Below, in pieces: positions 35,071 through 44,110 of a stretch of DNA of 64,000 nucleotides. The stretch covers positions 2,209-66,208 of the forward strand of contig JAZQXP010000067.1 of assembly GCA_045632925.1 (NCBI GenBank). Reading direction: 5' to 3'. Made by a program: the position numbers and the translations under genes. Source of the stretch: Eubacteriales bacterium (lineage in GTDB: Bacteria; Bacillota; Clostridia; Oscillospirales; CAG-272). The notes below the pieces were generated by a model. It searched no databases. It was not told where the DNA came from and saw only the letters and a list, made by a program, of their open reading frames with translations. Each line of letters opens with the position of its first letter. Position 1 is the stretch's first letter.

Positions 35071-36930
35071 ATGAAAAGAATCATCTCCATTCTTATTGCG
35101 GCAATTATGCTCGCATCTGCATTTTCGATGCATATTTCCGCGGCAGGCAATGATCGCAAAGGCATCACACTCGACCGCACGGAAATTCACGGCGTTTCGC
35201 ATCCCGTGGGGTACTACGTAACAGAAAAGCGTTTTGAAAAGCTACCCATCACCTTTGAGGCTTGGGTCTACATCCCGAAAAGCGTGTATTCCGAACGCGG
35301 CGGCATCATCATCGGAAACTATCAGAGCTTCTCGAAAGATGATTTCATTAATTTTGAGATCCACACAAACGGCGTTCCGAGACTTCTGATCGACGATCCG
35401 AGCGGAACGATGCACGACTATAAATTCACCAAAGCCGCCGTACGTCCAGATACCTGGACGCACGTTTCCATCGTCTACGGCACGGGCGAGGGCGGAAAGC
35501 AAATCTACTGCTATATCAACGGCTCCTTCAAGCAAGCGTCGAGCGTTGCGAACTGGTACGAGGCGAATCCGGAGGCTATCGACAACGTAGTATGCCTTGC
35601 GGGTGATTACCGTGCGGTCAATGAGCAGGGCTTCCGCGGAATACTCGGCGACGTTGCGGTTTATTCCGATATCAGAACCGAGGACGAGATCCTCGCGGAC
35701 TACAAGGGCTCGCCCGATCTCTCGGACGAAAATCTTATGATGTATTACAAGCTTTCCGAGGCTGAACCCGAGTCCGACGTCCCCGATGCAAGCGGCAACG
35801 GCTACGATATGAAATACTACCGTATGTGGCTTACCGAGGAGGAAATGAACGAGATCCGCAAGGAGGATGAGCACGAGTACTCCTACGTCCTCGCCTTCCT
35901 CCCCGACATTCAATACATGACCGAAAAATATCCGAAGAATCTGACCGCGGTCTTTGATTTTCTCGTCAATGAATCAAAGGTGAGAAATATACGCTACGCG
36001 ATCGGTCTCGGTGACATCACCAACTCGAACGGCATCAAGGAATGGGCTACCGTTGTCCGCCAGACAAACCGCCTCAACGGCTATCTCGATTATTCCCTCG
36101 TCTGCGGCAACCACGATACGCTCAAGAATAATAAGCTCGAGTATTTCGATCAGCATTACGCGCCCAAGACGGGATATTACTATCAGCACGTCGCCTCCAC
36201 GGGCGGATTCTTCAATGAGGATTCTGTTCGCAACACCTATCTTACCTTCTCTGTCGGTAAGGTCAACTATATCATAATCAATCTCGACTTCGGCGCGACA
36301 GACGATATCCTCGGCTGGGCGGGCGACGTCCTCGACGCGCATCCCGATCACAGAGGTATCCTCATCACTCACGGCTATCTCAACGCCGACGGAACCACCC
36401 TCGATACCAACGACTACGCATCCCCCGACACCTACGAATCACAGCTCAACAGCGGCGAGGATATGTGGGAGAAGCTCGTAAGCAAGCACGAGAACGTCGA
36501 TATGATCGTCAGCGGTCATATGCATCACGACTCAGCCGTCGTCTCTCCACGCGAGGGCGACGCGGGCAACACCGTTTATCAGGTGCTGATGGATCCGCAG
36601 TCGACCTGCAACAAGCTCGGCGGCATCGGTGTTGTCGGTCTTATGTACTTCACCGAGGACGGTAACCACGCCAAGATCGAATATTATTCCACGGTTCTCG
36701 ACAAATACTTCAGCGAATCAAACAAGACACTCTCCCTCACCTTCGGCGAGCCCGAGGAGGAGACCACCGCGGAGGAGACCACTCTCGCGCCCGTCACCGA
36801 TGCTCCGACAGAGCCTGTGACCAATGCTCCCGCAGAGAAAAAATCGGGTTGCGGAGGTGCTGTCGCGATCACAGCGGCGGTCATCGTCATCCTCGGCGTA
36901 CCGCTCTGCTTCAAGAGAAAGGAAGATTAA
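35071..36930 (+). CDS. secreted LamG-like / metallophosphoesterase protein with C-terminal membrane anchor
   Basis: Signal peptide. Phosphoesterase motifs LGDITN, CGNHD and SGHMHHD. T/E/P linker then SGCGG + TM + KRKED tail. Confidence 0.75.
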   Translation: MKRIISILIAAIMLASAFSMHISAAGNDRKGITLDRTEIHGVSHPVGYYVTEKRFEKLPITFEAWVYIPKSVYSERGGIIIGNYQSFSKDDFINFEIHTNGVPRLLIDDPSGTMHDYKFTKAAVRPDTWTHVSIVYGTGEGGKQIYCYINGSFKQASSVANWYEANPEAIDNVVCLAGDYRAVNEQGFRGILGDVAVYSDIRTEDEILADYKGSPDLSDENLMMYYKLSEAEPESDVPDASGNGYDMKYYRMWLTEEEMNEIRKEDEHEYSYVLAFLPDIQYMTEKYPKNLTAVFDFLVNESKVRNIRYAIGLGDITNSNGIKEWATVVRQTNRLNGYLDYSLVCGNHDTLKNNKLEYFDQHYAPKTGYYYQHVASTGGFFNEDSVRNTYLTFSVGKVNYIIINLDFGATDDILGWAGDVLDAHPDHRGILITHGYLNADGTTLDTNDYASPDTYESQLNSGEDMWEKLVSKHENVDMIVSGHMHHDSAVVSPREGDAGNTVYQVLMDPQSTCNKLGGIGVVGLMYFTEDGNHAKIEYYSTVLDKYFSESNKTLSLTFGEPEEETTAEETTLAPVTDAPTEPVTNAPAEKKSGCGGAVAITAAVIVILGVPLCFKRKED

Positions 36931-36935
36931 ATTAA

Positions 36936-38588
36936 ATGGATAAGAATACAAAGCTCCGCATCGTTCTTGCGGTCGTTATCGGACTCTTGATCGTTGCTCT
37001 CGCCGCACTGCTCATCTCGGATGCGGCAAAGAATGATTGGAAATTCAGCTTTTCGAGCAGCTCAAAGGCTCTGATCGTGCTCGCGGGTCTCGTTCTCTCG
37101 CTCGTGCGACTCATTGCGGGTATTTCGTCCCCGCGTTCGCTCCGCATCTACGAAAAGGCATACAAGGACGAGATCGGCAACGCCTTTTCGCGCCCGGATA
37201 ACAAAAAATACAAGACAAAGCTCCTGCGTTCTCTCGCACTTTACAATGAAAATCGCTACGGCGACGCGCTCAAGCTCCTCGAGCAGCTTGAGGATAAATG
37301 CAACACCGCGGACGACTTTTGCGCCGTCGCGCTCTTCAAGGCTCTCTGCTACTCTGATTCGGGCGCGGTCGAGAGCGCGATCAAGGAATACGAGACTCTG
37401 CTGAAATATAACGCAAAGCACGGAACGGCGTGGTCAAACCTCGGTCTGCTCTATAAAAAGCAGGGCAAGGCATCCGAGGCTATGCGTTGCTACGACAACG
37501 CGGTCAAGGTGAATCCCGACAGCGCATACGCATGGAACAACCTTGCCCACGCATATCTTACGGCTTGCCAGTGGCAGAAGGTCATCGAGCCCGCGCTTCG
37601 TTCACTTGAATTGAAAGCGAATATGTATCAGGCGGACACCGCGCTCGCCGTCGCATACTACGCCCTCGGAAAGACCGAGGAAAGCAAAAAGCATTTCGAG
37701 CACGCAGTTGCCAACGGCGGAAACGCCGATGCGATAATGTCTGTGCTTGACAGTATCTCGAAGGGCGTCAATCCCTTTGCCGAGCCCGTCGACGTCAGCG
37801 ACGAGGTCAAGCGCGCGATCGGATTTATCAAGCGCGACACGGCGGTTCCGATGGTTGAGGTACGTCTCCCCGCCCCCGAGGACGGAAACAAGACGAGACT
37901 CGGCGGCGCGCCCGTCGACGAAGTCGTTCCTCTCGACAGCGAGGGTAATCCGATGCATCTGCTCGCCGCAATCTGGTGCTCCGAGGTTCGCGGAGTTCCA
38001 GATTTCCCCGAACGCGGCGTTCTCCGCTTCTATATTTCGGGCAACGACTACTACGGTCTCGATCTCGACGAGCCGAACGTACAAAACGATTTCCGCGTTC
38101 TTTACGACGAGGACGAGGACAAATTTGACGGAAGCCTCCGCGATGACCCGAATCTCCCCGCGCATTTCCCGATAATGCGTGCCCTCCCCGTCCGTCTCTC
38201 GCCCGCCATGGGCAGTATGCTTTCGAGTGATTATCGTTTTAACGACGCTATGAATACCGCGCTGAAAAAAGCAGGACTCGAAAACGGAGAATTTGACTTA
38301 AGCGACGAAGAATTCGATCTTATATATGATGAAAACAGCTACGGCGGACACCGCATCGGCGGTTATCCCTGCTTCACTCAGGACGACCCGCGAGACGTAG
38401 GCAACGAGCTTCACAAATACGATACACTCCTTCTCCAGATCGTCAGCCACTCTATGCCCGACGAGAACGGCAAGGAAGAGGATCTCATTATGTTCGGAGA
38501 TGACGGCGGATGCCAATTCTTCATCCCTCGCGAGAAACTCCGTGCCCGCGATTTCTCCGACGTTATGTACAACTGGGATTGTTATTAA
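36936..38588 (+). CDS. membrane-anchored TPR protein with C-terminal DUF1963 (YwqG-like) domain
   Basis: Two N-terminal TM segments. TPR-like repeats (WSNLGLLYKKQGK.., WNNLAHAYL..). RLGGAP...GHRIGGYP...GGCQFFI signature. Confidence 0.7.
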   Translation: MDKNTKLRIVLAVVIGLLIVALAALLISDAAKNDWKFSFSSSSKALIVLAGLVLSLVRLIAGISSPRSLRIYEKAYKDEIGNAFSRPDNKKYKTKLLRSLALYNENRYGDALKLLEQLEDKCNTADDFCAVALFKALCYSDSGAVESAIKEYETLLKYNAKHGTAWSNLGLLYKKQGKASEAMRCYDNAVKVNPDSAYAWNNLAHAYLTACQWQKVIEPALRSLELKANMYQADTALAVAYYALGKTEESKKHFEHAVANGGNADAIMSVLDSISKGVNPFAEPVDVSDEVKRAIGFIKRDTAVPMVEVRLPAPEDGNKTRLGGAPVDEVVPLDSEGNPMHLLAAIWCSEVRGVPDFPERGVLRFYISGNDYYGLDLDEPNVQNDFRVLYDEDEDKFDGSLRDDPNLPAHFPIMRALPVRLSPAMGSMLSSDYRFNDAMNTALKKAGLENGEFDLSDEEFDLIYDENSYGGHRIGGYPCFTQDDPRDVGNELHKYDTLLLQIVSHSMPDENGKEEDLIMFGDDGGCQFFIPREKLRARDFSDVMYNWDCY

Positions 38589-38591
38589 GCC

Positions 38592-39362
38592 ATGGTTAAA
38601 ATTCATTTTCTCGGCACCTGCTCGGGCACAGAACCGATCGCGGGTATGCATCATTGCTCGCTTGTTTTCGAAATCAACGGCGCATATTATTGGTTTGACG
38701 CGGGCGAATCCTGCGCCTACACGGCACACACCTCGGGTATGGATATTATGAAGACCGAGGCTCTCTTCGTCTCGCATCCGCATATCGACCATATCGGCGG
38801 ACTGCCGAATCTCTTTTCCTGTATGAACAAGCTGATCAAGCGGTACGGCAAGAAGCTCCCTAACGACAATTCTCTCGAGGTCTTCTTCCCCGACCCCGAG
38901 ATCCTCGACGCGATCGCTATGATCGCAACGCTCAAGGGACGGATGCACTTCAATCTCAATTCACATTCCGTCCGAGACGGATTGATCTTCGAGGACGGCA
39001 ATATCCGCGTAATTGCGCATCACAACTGCCATATCAGCACAACCGCGCTCAATTCCTTCTCCTTCCTCATCGAAGCCGAGGGCAAGAAGATCGTCTTCTC
39101 AGGCGACGTCAGAAGTCCCTACGAGCTCGACACCCTCATCGGTGCGGGCGTTGACGTGCTGATAATGGAAACGGGGCACCACAAGGTCATCGACGTCTGC
39201 GAATACGCGGCGGCTCGAGGTGTCGAAAAGCTGTATTTCAACCACCACGGCAGGGAGATCATCGATGACCGTCCCGCCGCGGAAAAGCTGACCGCCGAAT
39301 TTGCAGAAAAGTACGGTATGCCCATCGTCATCTGCCGTGACGGAATGACCGAAGAAGTATGA
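38592..39362 (+). CDS. MBL-fold metallo-hydrolase
   Basis: SHPHIDHIGG motif. Confidence 0.8.
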   Translation: MVKIHFLGTCSGTEPIAGMHHCSLVFEINGAYYWFDAGESCAYTAHTSGMDIMKTEALFVSHPHIDHIGGLPNLFSCMNKLIKRYGKKLPNDNSLEVFFPDPEILDAIAMIATLKGRMHFNLNSHSVRDGLIFEDGNIRVIAHHNCHISTTALNSFSFLIEAEGKKIVFSGDVRSPYELDTLIGAGVDVLIMETGHHKVIDVCEYAAARGVEKLYFNHHGREIIDDRPAAEKLTAEFAEKYGMPIVICRDGMTEEV

Positions 39363-40705
39363 AAGGACACAGAACGATGAAGAACCTCAATTCCGCTGTA
39401 GAAAAGCATCGCGCGCTTATCCTTGAGGCCGAGAGATACATTTGGGCGAATCCCGAAACGGGATACAAGGAATATAAAACCGACGCATATATGAAAAAGA
39501 TCTTCAAGGATCTCGGCTATGAGATCGTACCCGCCGAGGGCATCACGGGATTTGTCACCGTCCTTGATACGGGAAGACCCGGACCTGAGGTGCTCATCCT
39601 CGCCGAGCTCGACTCGATCATCTGCCCCGCGCACCCCGAATCCGACAAGGAAACAGGCGCGGTACACTCCTGCGGTCACAACGCGCAATGCGCCGCTCTC
39701 GTCGGCATCGCGGCGGCGCTCAAGGAAGAGGGCGCGCTTGACGGTCTCTCGGGCAGGATCCGCCTCTGCGCAGTTCCCGCTGAGGAGCTTCTCGAGATCG
39801 AATACCGTTCAGACCTACGCGACCGCGGAATCATCAAATATATGGGCGGCAAGAGCGAATTTCTCTCGCGCGGACTCTTTGACGGCGTGGACATTGCATT
39901 TATGATCCACACCTCGGGCGGCTTCCATACCGCGCTCGGCTCGGTCGGTTGTATGGCGAAGAAGATCACGTACAAAGGCAAAGCCGCGCACGCCGGAGGA
40001 TCTCCCTGGGCGGGCAGAAACGCTCTTTACGCCGCAAACTGCGGTCTCAACGCGATAAATGCCATCCGCGAGACCTTCCGCGAATCAGACATCATCCGCG
40101 TCCACCCGATAATCACAAGCGGCGGCGCGATGGTCAACGCCATCCCCGAAACGGCAACGCTCGAAAGCTACGTCCGCGGCAAGAGCTTTGACGCCATCGT
40201 GAAAGCCAATAAGAAGGTCAACCGCGCGCTGATCGGCGGTGCGCTTTCGCTCGGAACGAATATCGACATAACCGATATCCCCGGCTACGCGCCACTCAAC
40301 AACGATAAGGGTATGATCGCGCTGACCCTCGAGGCAGCCGCCGAGGTCATTCCCGAGTATCCGATGACGGAGGGGCACAGCTTCGGCTCGGGAAGCACCG
40401 ATATGGGCGACCTTTCCTGCATAATGCCCGTCATCCATCCTTATGCGGGCGGAGCAGCGGGCACCTCGCACGGTAACGATTACTACATCGTCGACCCCGA
40501 AGCTGCCTGCGTTGCAAGCGCAAAGCTCCAGCTCGGTATGCTCTCGCTCCTGCTTTCGGACGGCGCGGCAAGAGCCAAGAAGATCATCGAGGAATACGAG
40601 CCTCAGTTCGAGAGTGCCAAAGCCTACCTCGACTACGTCGACAGCCTGAACTCTACAGGCGACCGCATTGAGTACACCGAGGACGGGGCGAAGATAAGAT
40701 TATAA
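39359..40705 (+). CDS. M20-family amidohydrolase (AbgB-like)
   Basis: HSCGHN motif and family-wide colinearity. Alternative start at ATG 39377. Confidence 0.8.
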   Translation: MKGHRTMKNLNSAVEKHRALILEAERYIWANPETGYKEYKTDAYMKKIFKDLGYEIVPAEGITGFVTVLDTGRPGPEVLILAELDSIICPAHPESDKETGAVHSCGHNAQCAALVGIAAALKEEGALDGLSGRIRLCAVPAEELLEIEYRSDLRDRGIIKYMGGKSEFLSRGLFDGVDIAFMIHTSGGFHTALGSVGCMAKKITYKGKAAHAGGSPWAGRNALYAANCGLNAINAIRETFRESDIIRVHPIITSGGAMVNAIPETATLESYVRGKSFDAIVKANKKVNRALIGGALSLGTNIDITDIPGYAPLNNDKGMIALTLEAAAEVIPEYPMTEGHSFGSGSTDMGDLSCIMPVIHPYAGGAAGTSHGNDYYIVDPEAACVASAKLQLGMLSLLLSDGAARAKKIIEEYEPQFESAKAYLDYVDSLNSTGDRIEYTEDGAKIRL

Positions 40706-40710
40706 ATCAA

Positions 40711-40745
40711 ACGGCTTGGACATGAAGTCCAAGCCGTATTTTTTA
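40711..40745. terminator. bidirectional intrinsic terminator
   Basis: ACGGCTTGGAC-ATGAA-GTCCAAGCCGT plus a T-tract. Confidence 0.8.
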
Positions 40746-42503
40746 TTTATGCTTCGCAAACTCCGCTCTGATCTCCTCGACGCTTCCGGTTGTGATATAA
40801 TATGAATACTCAAACGCCTTGAAGGCTTGAAGCTTATAGGTTATCAACGGCGCGACGTAGTTTGTCGCGTTGTTATGAGCGTCCTTCGAGCCGTTATACT
40901 GATGTCTACCCGCGAGAAGTATCTCGGCTATCGGGGTATAAACGCCGACACCGTAGCCCGTCGGAGCCACCCACGCGCACCAGGTCTCCTTTGATTTCAT
41001 ATTGAAATAAGCATCCGAATTGCCCGCCCAGAAGGGGAGATCCTTCTTGACGGTCAGCGCATCGTCCTTCCAGCCGTTGCTTCCGTTATAGAAAACGAAA
41101 TCCGAGAGGTAGCTGATCGTATAGAACGCGGGAAGCTCCTGATGGGCGTTTCGGTGCGTATAACCCGAAAAATCGATAAAGCGGTTGTCTACCTTGATGC
41201 ATCCGCCCTCGAGCGTATAGGTATTCTCCATATAGGAGGGCGTGCGCATATTCTTCTGCGCCCAGTCAAGCGGCTGACATTTGACCCAGATGCTCTTGCC
41301 GTCCTCCGCGATCCTGAAATCAACGAGCTTTGAGCGGTTGCCGTACTGATCTCCACCCTGAACGGGGTTGTAGCACCACATATTGTCGCCGTATTTTGCA
41401 GGCTTGTAGGGCGCGGAATCGGTGCCGTAATAGGACTGCTGAATGAGTCTGCCCGTGTCGTGGTCGTTGAGGAGGTTCGAGATAGAATCGTCACCGTCGG
41501 CAAGGTCCTCAAGATAGGAAACACCGCCGCCCCAGGTCAGCTTTACGCCGAGCTTGTATTTGCCGTCGGTGATGTAAACGACGTCCTCGGTGGGAACTTC
41601 ACGAGCCGATACCGCGATATCCTCGAGAATGAAGCTTGCCTCTCCCGATCTGATCGCAGAAATTCTTACCGACGATATCGAATCGCAGGTCTTTCCCTTA
41701 AGTGCGCTGTCGCAAAGAGAGACGAAATCGACCTTCTCGCCCGGCTCAAGGAAAAACTCCTCGGTATACTTTTCATTCTCGTAAAGATACGTGATCTCGC
41801 CCCTCAGATGCGAATCGGTAGAGTAGGTGACCGAATAGGAATTGAATTCCTTGCCAACGGGCGTGTCAAACCAATAAACTATACTTTCCTTGAAGGAATA
41901 GTGATTGTATGCGCCGCTGTCCGCACCCTCGACGCGGTATGAGATACCCGATGCCGTTTTATCTGCCTCAAGCTTGACCGAAGGCTCGGAGATCAGTTCA
42001 AAATCCTCGGGCAGGCTGGGGATCTTATCAACTTTTTCTATCATATCAACGTCCTCGATTCCGAGAGATTCCTTGAAAAACGCCGCAAAAGCAGCCTCAT
42101 ATCCCGCCTCGCTTCCCGCGCAGATATAGAGTCTTTCGCCGCGCAGAGCAATGACGAAAGCATCCGAGACGAGCGAATCGTAATCAACTTGATAATACTC
42201 TTCCCTGTCGGTCTTGCCGAAGACGATCTCTTTTGCAGACTCCGACTTTTCAACCATCGTGTCCTTCTTCATCTTAAGCGTTACGCCCGTAGCTTCGGAA
42301 TAAAGTCTGCTGAAGCGATAGGCGGTATCGTAGCTTGCGTCGTCACCCGCGAAGATGAGAACGTAGTCCTTCGAAATATCCATACGGATCTCGACCTCGG
42401 GAGCCTCAGTGACCTCCTCGGTAGTGATAACTACCTCTTCCGGTTGCTGTACGCATCCCGCTATCATCAAAAGAGCTAAAAGGCAAATATAAAATCTTTT
42501 CAT
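40743..42503 (-). CDS. hypothetical lipoprotein (586 aa)
   Basis: Lipobox IAGC. Host codon usage. No recognisable catalytic motif. Confidence 0.7.
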   Translation of the reverse strand: MKRFYICLLALLMIAGCVQQPEEVVITTEEVTEAPEVEIRMDISKDYVLIFAGDDASYDTAYRFSRLYSEATGVTLKMKKDTMVEKSESAKEIVFGKTDREEYYQVDYDSLVSDAFVIALRGERLYICAGSEAGYEAAFAAFFKESLGIEDVDMIEKVDKIPSLPEDFELISEPSVKLEADKTASGISYRVEGADSGAYNHYSFKESIVYWFDTPVGKEFNSYSVTYSTDSHLRGEITYLYENEKYTEEFFLEPGEKVDFVSLCDSALKGKTCDSISSVRISAIRSGEASFILEDIAVSAREVPTEDVVYITDGKYKLGVKLTWGGGVSYLEDLADGDDSISNLLNDHDTGRLIQQSYYGTDSAPYKPAKYGDNMWCYNPVQGGDQYGNRSKLVDFRIAEDGKSIWVKCQPLDWAQKNMRTPSYMENTYTLEGGCIKVDNRFIDFSGYTHRNAHQELPAFYTISYLSDFVFYNGSNGWKDDALTVKKDLPFWAGNSDAYFNMKSKETWCAWVAPTGYGVGVYTPIAEILLAGRHQYNGSKDAHNNATNYVAPLITYKLQAFKAFEYSYYITTGSVEEIRAEFAKHK

Positions 42504-42550
42504 ATTGTCACCTCGTTGTTTATTACGATAATTATATCACAAATAATGAA

Positions 42551-42586
42551 AAAAATCAACCGTTGGCATGCCAACGGTTGATTTTT
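42551..42586. terminator. bidirectional intrinsic terminator
   Basis: AAAAATCAACCGTTGGCATGCCAACGGTTGATTTTT. Confidence 0.85.
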
Positions 42587-42588
42587 AT

Positions 42589-43065
42589 TCAGTTTTCAAC
42601 GTAATGGATCGCGCTGACGGAGCCGTCGGTGATACCGAACATAAGCTGTGTTTCGCCGTCGGTATAGACGAGGGTGCCCGAGGCGTTCTCGGTGAAATCT
42701 TCACCATAGGTCTCGATAACAGCCTCGCGGCCGTCGCCGATGGTGATACCCTCGGGAGTCGAAACGCTGTCATCGGTCAGAACGAGCTTAACGATCTTAT
42801 TAACGCCGTTTTCGTTGACGGTGTTGAACTTGAATCCCGCGTAGGTATACTCGCGATCGGGCTCTGCACCTCCGCCGCAGGAGGGAGTCTCAACAAGGTT
42901 CTGCGCCTCGCCGAGTGCGGATACCGCCGCATTTGCGTCGCCGCCGACCTTGATCTCAACGTCACCCGATTTAAAAAGATAGTTTTTTGTCTCGCTTCCA
43001 CCGTCACATCCGACAAAGCAGACGAGCATCGCGAGCACAAGTGCCAAAGAGATAAATCTTTTCAT
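42589..43065 (-). CDS. hypothetical lipoprotein (158 aa), last gene of the dlt-like operon
   Basis: Lipobox FVGC. 1-nt stop/start overlap with the upstream gene. Confidence 0.7.
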   Translation of the reverse strand: MKRFISLALVLAMLVCFVGCDGGSETKNYLFKSGDVEIKVGGDANAAVSALGEAQNLVETPSCGGGAEPDREYTYAGFKFNTVNENGVNKIVKLVLTDDSVSTPEGITIGDGREAVIETYGEDFTENASGTLVYTDGETQLMFGITDGSVSAIHYVEN

Positions 43066-44099
43066 TATTTTTCTCCGTTTCTGTCATTATAATAAGAATT
43101 GATGCGTTCTTCCCAGATCGCGGAAAGCTCGCTCTCACCTCTGTGATCGGTAAGTCCGTGGTTTTCCGCAAGGATCTTGCCGAAATAGGAGGTCACCTTC
43201 TCCGCGCCGTAGACATTGAGGTGAAGTCCCTTATCGTAGGTGTCCTGCGACCAATCAAGTCCGATCTCCTCATCCTTTCCGACCATCGAATAATAAGCAA
43301 GTCCGTTCTCTTCCGCGTAATCAACGATCTGCGCGTCCCACTCCGGATACCAATAGTATCTGACCGAGTTTGTCGGTGCCTTGACGAGGATCAGCTCGAT
43401 GCCCTTTTCACTGCAAAGAGCGGTCATCTTGTCGAGATACTCCATCGCACGCACGGGCAGCGAGGTATTCAGAAGATCGTCGGGTTTTCTCGTATCCGAG
43501 GTATCGACGGGATCGATATCCGTCTGCATAAGGTAGCCCTGATGGGTGATATCAACGTGCTTATCGAATGCGTGCTTGAAATCGTCCGAGTCAAGCTCGC
43601 TCCAACGCGCGTGATAGCGCAAAATGGGTAGAAAATACGAGAGGAGCGATTCCTCATCCGTCATCGAAGCCTTGATCGCATCGAGCTTATGCTCCGACCA
43701 TTCCATATCCTCGATCGCCATTCTGCTGATCGCCTCGATCGGAGTTTCGCCGTAATGAAGCGCAAGGACGTTGAAAACCACCACTTTGGGAGTTTCCTTT
43801 TCGAGTGTTTCCTCGAGAATGTGATAGGACTGCCATACCGTCTGCTGAGACGAACCGCGGACGTAGGAGGTGATTCCGTATTCCTCAAAGAGAGTTGCGG
43901 GAACGAAACCCTCGTAGACCTCGCAGTCGCCGATGAAGATGACGTCGTGCGGGTCGGTCGTGTCGTAGTAGCCGCAAAGCAGATGCGCCTCGCGGTTATC
44001 GTGCCTTGCGTCCTGAAGGACTGCGCCGAAATAAAACACAGCACCGAGGACGATAAGAAGCGCACAAATAAAAGAAATAATTCTTATAAATCTCTTCAT
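43065..44099 (-). CDS. membrane-anchored SGNH/DltD-like protein
   Basis: N-terminal TM. Block-I-like VIFIGDCEVYEG. Positioned after the MBOAT gene, as dltD is. Confidence 0.65.
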   Translation of the reverse strand: MKRFIRIISFICALLIVLGAVFYFGAVLQDARHDNREAHLLCGYYDTTDPHDVIFIGDCEVYEGFVPATLFEEYGITSYVRGSSQQTVWQSYHILEETLEKETPKVVVFNVLALHYGETPIEAISRMAIEDMEWSEHKLDAIKASMTDEESLLSYFLPILRYHARWSELDSDDFKHAFDKHVDITHQGYLMQTDIDPVDTSDTRKPDDLLNTSLPVRAMEYLDKMTALCSEKGIELILVKAPTNSVRYYWYPEWDAQIVDYAEENGLAYYSMVGKDEEIGLDWSQDTYDKGLHLNVYGAEKVTSYFGKILAENHGLTDHRGESELSAIWEERINSYYNDRNGEK

Positions 44100-44110
44100 T
44101 TAGTGCCTCC

